Part shown: positions 59,576 through 64,000 of the stretch, in pieces
Layout of the letters: each line of letters begins with the position of its first letter
Position numbering within the stretch: the stretch's first letter is position 1
Source: Helicobacter cetorum
GTDB taxonomy: Bacteria; Campylobacterota; Campylobacteria; Campylobacterales; DZAY01
Assembly (NCBI GenBank): GCA_022729735.1
Contig: DZAY01000006.1
Span: 27,895-91,894 of the forward strand
Direction: 5' to 3'
DNA: 64,000 nucleotides
The notes under the pieces: model-generated
Told to the model about the DNA's origin: nothing
Database searches by the model: none
What the model saw: only the letters and a program-made list of their open reading frames with translations
Made by a program: the position numbers and the translations under genes

Positions 59576-62148
59576 ACTACTGCTTTTTTCTCAACCTCTT
59601 TAAATACTTCGATAACATCTCCAACTTGAATATCATTGAATTTATCAATCATAATTCCACATTCATAACCTTTTGATACTTCTCTTGCATCATCTTTAAA
59701 TCGTTTAAGTGAAGCAATTCCAGCACCACTTTGAATAATTGCACCATCTCTTATAACTCTAACTCTTGAATTTCTATTAATGACTCCATCTACAACCATA
59801 CATCCTGCAATTGTTCCAACTTTTGCAATCACAAATGTATCTCTAACTTCAGCACTACCAGTAATTTCTTCACTTAAAACTGGAGACATCATACCAGATA
59901 ATAGTGCTTTTATATCTTCAAGTAAATCATAAATTATAGAGTAAGTTTTAATTTGAACTCCACCATTTTTTGCTTTTTCGCTAACAGCTCCACTTGCTCT
60001 AACATTAAATCCAATCACAATAGCATTTGTGCTTGCACTTGCTAAAGATATATCATTTTCTGTAATTGGTCCAATTCCAGAGTGAATAATATTTACTTTT
60101 ACTTCACTGTTTTTAATTTTTTCTAAACTTCCCTTTATAGCTTCTAAACTACCTTGAAAATCTGCTTTTATAATAATAGGAAGTGCTTTTAAAGAACCTT
60201 CGGCTATTAAATTTGTAAGTTCTTCAAAAGTAGCTTTTGTGCTTTTTGATAGCTCTTTTCCTCGTTTAAGCTCTGCTCTCTTATCTGCATAACTCTTTGC
60301 TTTCGAATCATCTTCAATAGCTATTGCAAAACTTCCAGCTTGAGGAACATCACTTAGTCCTACTATTTGTCCAGCTTCGCTTAGTGATATTGATTTTACT
60401 CTTTTACCCATATCATCATTAATTGCTCTAACTTTGCCATAAATCGTATCAATAATTAGTGAATCTCCAACTTTTAGAGTTCCATCTACAACGATTACAG
60501 TTGCAACTGCTCCAAGCCCTTTTTCTAAAGAACCTTCAATTACAATAGCTTTTGCTAATTTGTTTTTATTAGCTTTTAACTCCATAATTTCAGCTTGAAG
60601 TAAGATAGTTTCTAATAAGTCATCAATACCAGCTCCACTAAATGCCGATACAGGAATAAACTCATACTCTCCACCCCACTCAACTGGTGTAAGTCCTTGT
60701 TCTGCCATTTGAGTTTTTACTCTCTCAATATTAATATCTGGCTTATCTATTTTTGTAATCGCTATAATAATTGGAACTTCTGCAGCTTTTGCATGATTGA
60801 TTGCTTCAATTGTTTGAGGTTTTATTCCATCATCAGCTGAAACTACAATAATTGCTATATCTGTAACTTTAGCACCTCTTGCTCTCATCTCTGTAAATGC
60901 TTCGTGTCCTGGAGTATCAATGAAAGTTATCTTTTTACCATTTTTTTCTACTTGATAAGCACCAATGTGTTGTGTAATTCCACCAGCTTCACCAAGTGCA
61001 ACTTTTGTATTTCTAATTTTATCTAATAGTGATGTTTTACCATGATCAACATGTCCCATAATAGTTACAACAGGAGGTCGCTCACTAAGTTCGTTATCAT
61101 CATCTTCTATCTCATCATATTCTGCCACATAATCCAACTCATCTAAACTATTATTTGTAGTAATTTGTAAATCAAAATGTTCTGCCAAAATGTCAATTGA
61201 ATCTTTATCTAAAAAATCATTTTTAGTTATCATAACACCCAAATCAAATAGAACTTTTATAACTTCTGTCATTGGTTTATCAATTTTTTCTGCAAACTCA
61301 TACAGCCTAATATCTTCTGGCACATAAATTTTACCAATTGCTTGAGGCTCTCTTGGTTGTCTTCTTCTTCTTTTTTTAGATGATTTACTAACTTGTTGTT
61401 GCTCGATAAAAGATTTAATTTTTGCACTTCTAATTTTATTGCTGTCAATTACCTTTTTTTCTTCTTTTTTGATAACAACTTCTTCACTAAAATCAGGCAA
61501 AATAACTTCATCTTCTGACTCATCTATATCTTCAATATCTCTATTTAAATCTCTATCTTCTAAAAGTTCTATCTTTTGTATTGCACTTTTCTTTGGTGCT
61601 GGCATACTTTTTTTAATCTTTTTTCTCTTTTTTAAGAGATTTAAGTCTGTTTCTGTTAAATTTTTGTCTTCTTTGATAGGAGTTTCTTCTTGAATTTTAA
61701 CTTCTTCTTTAACTTTAATCTCTTCTACTTGTGGAGTAGGTTTATTTCCACTATCTTTTTTCTTAAGTGTTGTAGAAACAACAGTAATACCACCCCGTTT
61801 TTTAAATGTAGCATCTGCTAAAGACTCTTTTTTTTCTATTGGTGTCTCTTTTTGTATCTCTTTTGGAGTTTCCACAATAATAGTTTCTTCTACTTCCTCT
61901 TTTTTTACATCTTCACTAATAGTTTCAGATTGTATCACAACAGCTGGTGTTGCAACATCTATTTGAGTTGGATGAGTAACAATATGTTCTCCCGACATTA
62001 CATATCTCATAATTTTATCTGCTTCATCAGCACTAATTGAACTTAGATGATTTTTAGCATCTATACCTAAAGTTTGAGCTTTTTCTAATACCTCTTTATT
62101 TGTAATTCCAAGCTCTTGAGCAATTTCACGAATGCGAACTTTTTGCAT
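59572..62148 (-). CDS. infB: Translation initiation factor IF-2
   Basis: G domain [25 protein letters not shown] and TKID, a Lys/Glu-rich N-terminal region, and C-terminal domains. Confidence 0.95.
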   Translation of the reverse strand: MQKVRIREIAQELGITNKEVLEKAQTLGIDAKNHLSSISADEADKIMRYVMSGEHIVTHPTQIDVATPAVVIQSETISEDVKKEEVEETIIVETPKEIQKETPIEKKESLADATFKKRGGITVVSTTLKKKDSGNKPTPQVEEIKVKEEVKIQEETPIKEDKNLTETDLNLLKKRKKIKKSMPAPKKSAIQKIELLEDRDLNRDIEDIDESEDEVILPDFSEEVVIKKEEKKVIDSNKIRSAKIKSFIEQQQVSKSSKKRRRRQPREPQAIGKIYVPEDIRLYEFAEKIDKPMTEVIKVLFDLGVMITKNDFLDKDSIDILAEHFDLQITTNNSLDELDYVAEYDEIEDDDNELSERPPVVTIMGHVDHGKTSLLDKIRNTKVALGEAGGITQHIGAYQVEKNGKKITFIDTPGHEAFTEMRARGAKVTDIAIIVVSADDGIKPQTIEAINHAKAAEVPIIIAITKIDKPDINIERVKTQMAEQGLTPVEWGGEYEFIPVSAFSGAGIDDLLETILLQAEIMELKANKNKLAKAIVIEGSLEKGLGAVATVIVVDGTLKVGDSLIIDTIYGKVRAINDDMGKRVKSISLSEAGQIVGLSDVPQAGSFAIAIEDDSKAKSYADKRAELKRGKELSKSTKATFEELTNLIAEGSLKALPIIIKADFQGSLEAIKGSLEKIKNSEVKVNIIHSGIGPITENDISLASASTNAIVIGFNVRASGAVSEKAKNGGVQIKTYSIIYDLLEDIKALLSGMMSPVLSEEITGSAEVRDTFVIAKVGTIAGCMVVDGVINRNSRVRVIRDGAIIQSGAGIASLKRFKDDAREVSKGYECGIMIDKFNDIQVGDVIEVFKEVEKKAVV

Positions 62149-62383
62149 TAATCAGTATCTCCTTTAAAATTTTCCTAATATCTTCAACTCTTTTTTTACA
62201 TACCCTATTTACAGCTTGATTAACTTTATCTTTTTCTATACACTCCAAACATATATAAAAACTTCTACCACTATTACTATAGCGAACTAATTTATTATCT
62301 ATACATTGAAGTCTCAATAGTTCAGATTGATTTGCCCTAATTTTGCAATTTATGCACATTCTAATAGGAGTAGCCATATCCAA
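62126..62383 (-). CDS. ylxR: YlxR/DUF448-family RNA-binding protein
   Basis: PIRMCINCK...GRSFYIC is the YlxR motif. It lies immediately upstream of and overlapping infB. Confidence 0.75.
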   Translation of the reverse strand: MDMATPIRMCINCKIRANQSELLRLQCIDNKLVRYSNSGRSFYICLECIEKDKVNQAVNRVCKKRVEDIRKILKEILINAKSSHS

Positions 62384-62403
62384 CCATTATATCAAAATTA
62401 TGC

Positions 62404-63297
62404 TTAGTAACTCATTTTATCTATGAAGCTACCACTGTTATCAAACTCAAACTCTTCTACTACAAAATTCGGAAATTTATAACTCAAAATTTTTTTTAAT
62501 CTTAAAGCATCATCTCTATAAACGATATTAAAAAATGATGAGCCACTTCCAGATAAAGTACTCATTAAAGCACCTTCATTTAATGCACTCTTTTGAACTT
62601 CAAATAGTTCTGGTAAATTTTTCATTCTATATTTTTGGTGAAACTTATCTTTTGATGCTACTTTTAATAACTCCCAATCAGAATTTAAGAATGCAGAAAC
62701 AAGTAATGAACTCCTTGAAAGATTAAAAGTTGCATCTTCTCTCGAGTAATATTTGGGTAATGTTGTTCTTGAGTGAGCTGTTGACATTGGAGTATCTGGT
62801 ATTACAACTACAGCTTTTATATCTTTTGAAACTTCTGTTTTGGTATGAACTACTCTATCTTTTTCAACAATAGCAACATTAAAACCACCCATTACAGCTG
62901 GAGTTATATTATCTGGATGAGACTCATACATCAAAGCTCTATTTAATATCTTCTCTTTAGAAACAGGAAAATTTGCAAGTTCATAAGCAGAAGTTATTGC
63001 ACCAACTATTACAGCAGAACTACTTCCAAGTCCTCTTGATAGTGGTATTTTATTATTAAATACAAATTTGAAGTTACTTTTTTTACCAACAAGTTCTGTA
63101 TATACTTCATAAAAAATATTTACAAATATATTATTAAGTCTCAATTTTGGATTTTTTTCACCTTCTCCTTTAATTGAGATACTAAAAAACTTTGAAGGCT
63201 TAATAACTGCCTCATTTCTTAAATCTATTGCTATGCCCAAAGTATCAAACCCTGGTCCCATATTTGCACTTGTAGCAGGAACTGAAACTAACAACAA
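62404..63297 (-). CDS. thrB: Homoserine kinase ThrB
   Basis: [13 protein letters not shown], the GHMP motif [11 protein letters not shown], and SGSGSS. TTG start. Confidence 0.9.
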   Translation of the reverse strand: MLLVSVPATSANMGPGFDTLGIAIDLRNEAVIKPSKFFSISIKGEGEKNPKLRLNNIFVNIFYEVYTELVGKKSNFKFVFNNKIPLSRGLGSSSAVIVGAITSAYELANFPVSKEKILNRALMYESHPDNITPAVMGGFNVAIVEKDRVVHTKTEVSKDIKAVVVIPDTPMSTAHSRTTLPKYYSREDATFNLSRSSLLVSAFLNSDWELLKVASKDKFHQKYRMKNLPELFEVQKSALNEGALMSTLSGSGSSFFNIVYRDDALRLKKILSYKFPNFVVEEFEFDNSGSFIDKMSY

Positions 63298-63315
63298 AAA
63301 CCCTTTTTCTAAATT

Positions 63316-63765
63316 TTAAATAGCTGGCAAAATATATAGAGGCTCATTCTCAAGACTAAAATCTTTAAAGTCAATGAAATTTGGCAACCTAAAATTAGTA
63401 TCTATTTTGGTTTCAACTTTTTCAACTGTAATTCTATCACCATTTTTAATAAAAAATCTACTATTATTTGCTTTAATTGGACAATTTTGCGAAAAGTAGA
63501 AGCCATCAATTGCAAAAAGAGGTATATTTTTTGTAATTGAAATTGTCTTTAAAAATATATAAGCAAGTTTTATTGCCATAAAACTCCCCGGCCCATTTGC
63601 ATAAAGAATTCTATCTATTTTATAATTTCTTATAAATTCACCTATTAAATCTGGCAAAATTTCACTACTTTTTTGATTACTTTCTAACTCTTTATAAAGT
63701 TTGTAATCCTTATAAAGAGCTACTCTAATAGGTGAATTAAGTGCTACAACTACTAAATCAAACAC
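63316..63765 (-). CDS. tsaB: Short TsaB/YeaZ-like protein (tRNA t6A biosynthesis partner)
   Basis: 149 aa. GPGSFMAIKLAY (compare the GPGSFTG.R motif of TsaB). GTG start. It is shorter than the typical ~230-aa TsaB. Confidence 0.55.
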   Translation of the reverse strand: MFDLVVVALNSPIRVALYKDYKLYKELESNQKSSEILPDLIGEFIRNYKIDRILYANGPGSFMAIKLAYIFLKTISITKNIPLFAIDGFYFSQNCPIKANNSRFFIKNGDRITVEKVETKIDTNFRLPNFIDFKDFSLENEPLYILPAI

Positions 63766-64000
63766 TCTTTATACTCTCTCTCAAGTTCAAATTGAACTAT
63801 ATCATAATTTTCACTATCTTTTAGAATTTCTATACATAATTTATGATTTAAATTATGACTACCTGCAACAGAGCTATATTCGCCAATCACAAAATATCCA
63901 AGTAGAGATAAATCACCAATAGCATCCAAAATTTTATGTCTTACAAACTCATTAGAAAATCTTAATCCTTCTGGATTTAATATCTTTTTTTCATCTAAAA
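63753..64000 (-). CDS. lpxC: UDP-3-O-acyl-N-acetylglucosamine deacetylase LpxC, C-terminal 82 codons (N-terminus beyond the window edge)
   Basis: My reverse-strand translation is ..LDEKKILNPEGLRFSNEFVRHKILDAIGDLSLLGYFVIGEYSSVAGSHNLNHKL... FVRHKILDAIGDL and GSH.LN are LpxC signatures. The stop TAG at 63755..63753 overlaps the tsaB start. Confidence 0.85.
   Translation of the reverse strand, partial: LDEKKILNPEGLRFSNEFVRHKILDAIGDLSLLGYFVIGEYSSVAGSHNLNHKLCIEILKDSENYDIVQFELEREYKECLI

Noticed and set aside
61320-61900. A Lys/Glu-rich low-complexity coding region with short imperfect repeats in the 5' third of infB.
   Set aside because: A variable, charged N-terminal region is a normal feature of bacterial IF-2. 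No exact tandem DNA repeat was seen.
1-64000. A search by eye for homopolymeric G/C tracts (Campylobacter-type phase-variation switches), CRISPR repeats, tRNA/rRNA genes, IS elements, integrases and phage genes.
   Set aside because: The longest G or C runs seen are 4-5 nt. No intergenic gap exceeds about 140 nt, and those gaps are AT-rich without tRNA-like stems. No protein shows transposase, integrase or phage-structural motifs. No exhaustive computation was possible.

Overview
The window is strongly AT-rich (by eye, not computed) and very gene-dense. The largest non-coding gaps are about 100-140 nt, and many starts and stops overlap. Gene content and three synteny blocks point to Campylobacterota (Epsilonproteobacteria): ftsI-fliE-flgC-flgB, ispB-hemA-proS-...-hemC, and thrB-ylxR-infB-rbfA-rimP. 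As I recall, these orders match Campylobacter. The very high load of signal-transduction genes resembles Arcobacter-like lineages, but the taxonomic call is inference only.

I see no rRNA, tRNA, CRISPR array, integrase, transposase or prophage genes. This is mostly core genome: metK-like, hemY, kdsD, rnj, rsmA, rsmE, hypA, glnD, glmS, moeA, dnaX, ftsI, ftsW, murG, alaS, maf, hemC, proS, hemA, ribD, infB, thrB, tsaB and lpxC.

Interleaved with it are about 11 sensory or c-di-GMP genes:
- Two GGDEF cyclases, one with a periplasmic CxxCH heme motif.
- One REC-HD-GYP protein.
- Two large hybrid kinases.
- Two REC-kinase fusions.
- A Cache kinase.
- A LOV-like PAS kinase.
- A triple solute-binding-domain sensor, cut by the window edge.

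Also present are two PIN-type toxin-antitoxin cassettes, a MoxR-DUF58-VWA (Bat-like) module, and a PD-(D/E)XK-fold protein carrying an in-frame 21-bp tandem repeat.

I did not find a clear, self-contained novel multi-gene system. The most checkable oddities are:
1. Two sensor kinases broken by frameshifts: a 7-bp tandem duplication, and an A4 tract where a -1 slip would restore the conserved motif.
2. A MetK homologue lacking the GAGDQG signature and carrying Asn at the D238 position.
3. A 16-nt direct repeat exactly bracketing one TA cassette.
4. rsmA with no canonical start codon upstream of its conserved N-terminus (probable AUU start).
5. A shared four-Cys GAF-like module in both diguanylate cyclases.
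6. A sigma54-like promoter plus a perfect 22-bp palindrome in the flgB/ftsW divergent region.
7. A 10.6-kb tightly packed MoxR-VWA + hybrid kinase + HD-GYP array.

All functional calls rest on motif recognition by eye. No database search was run.
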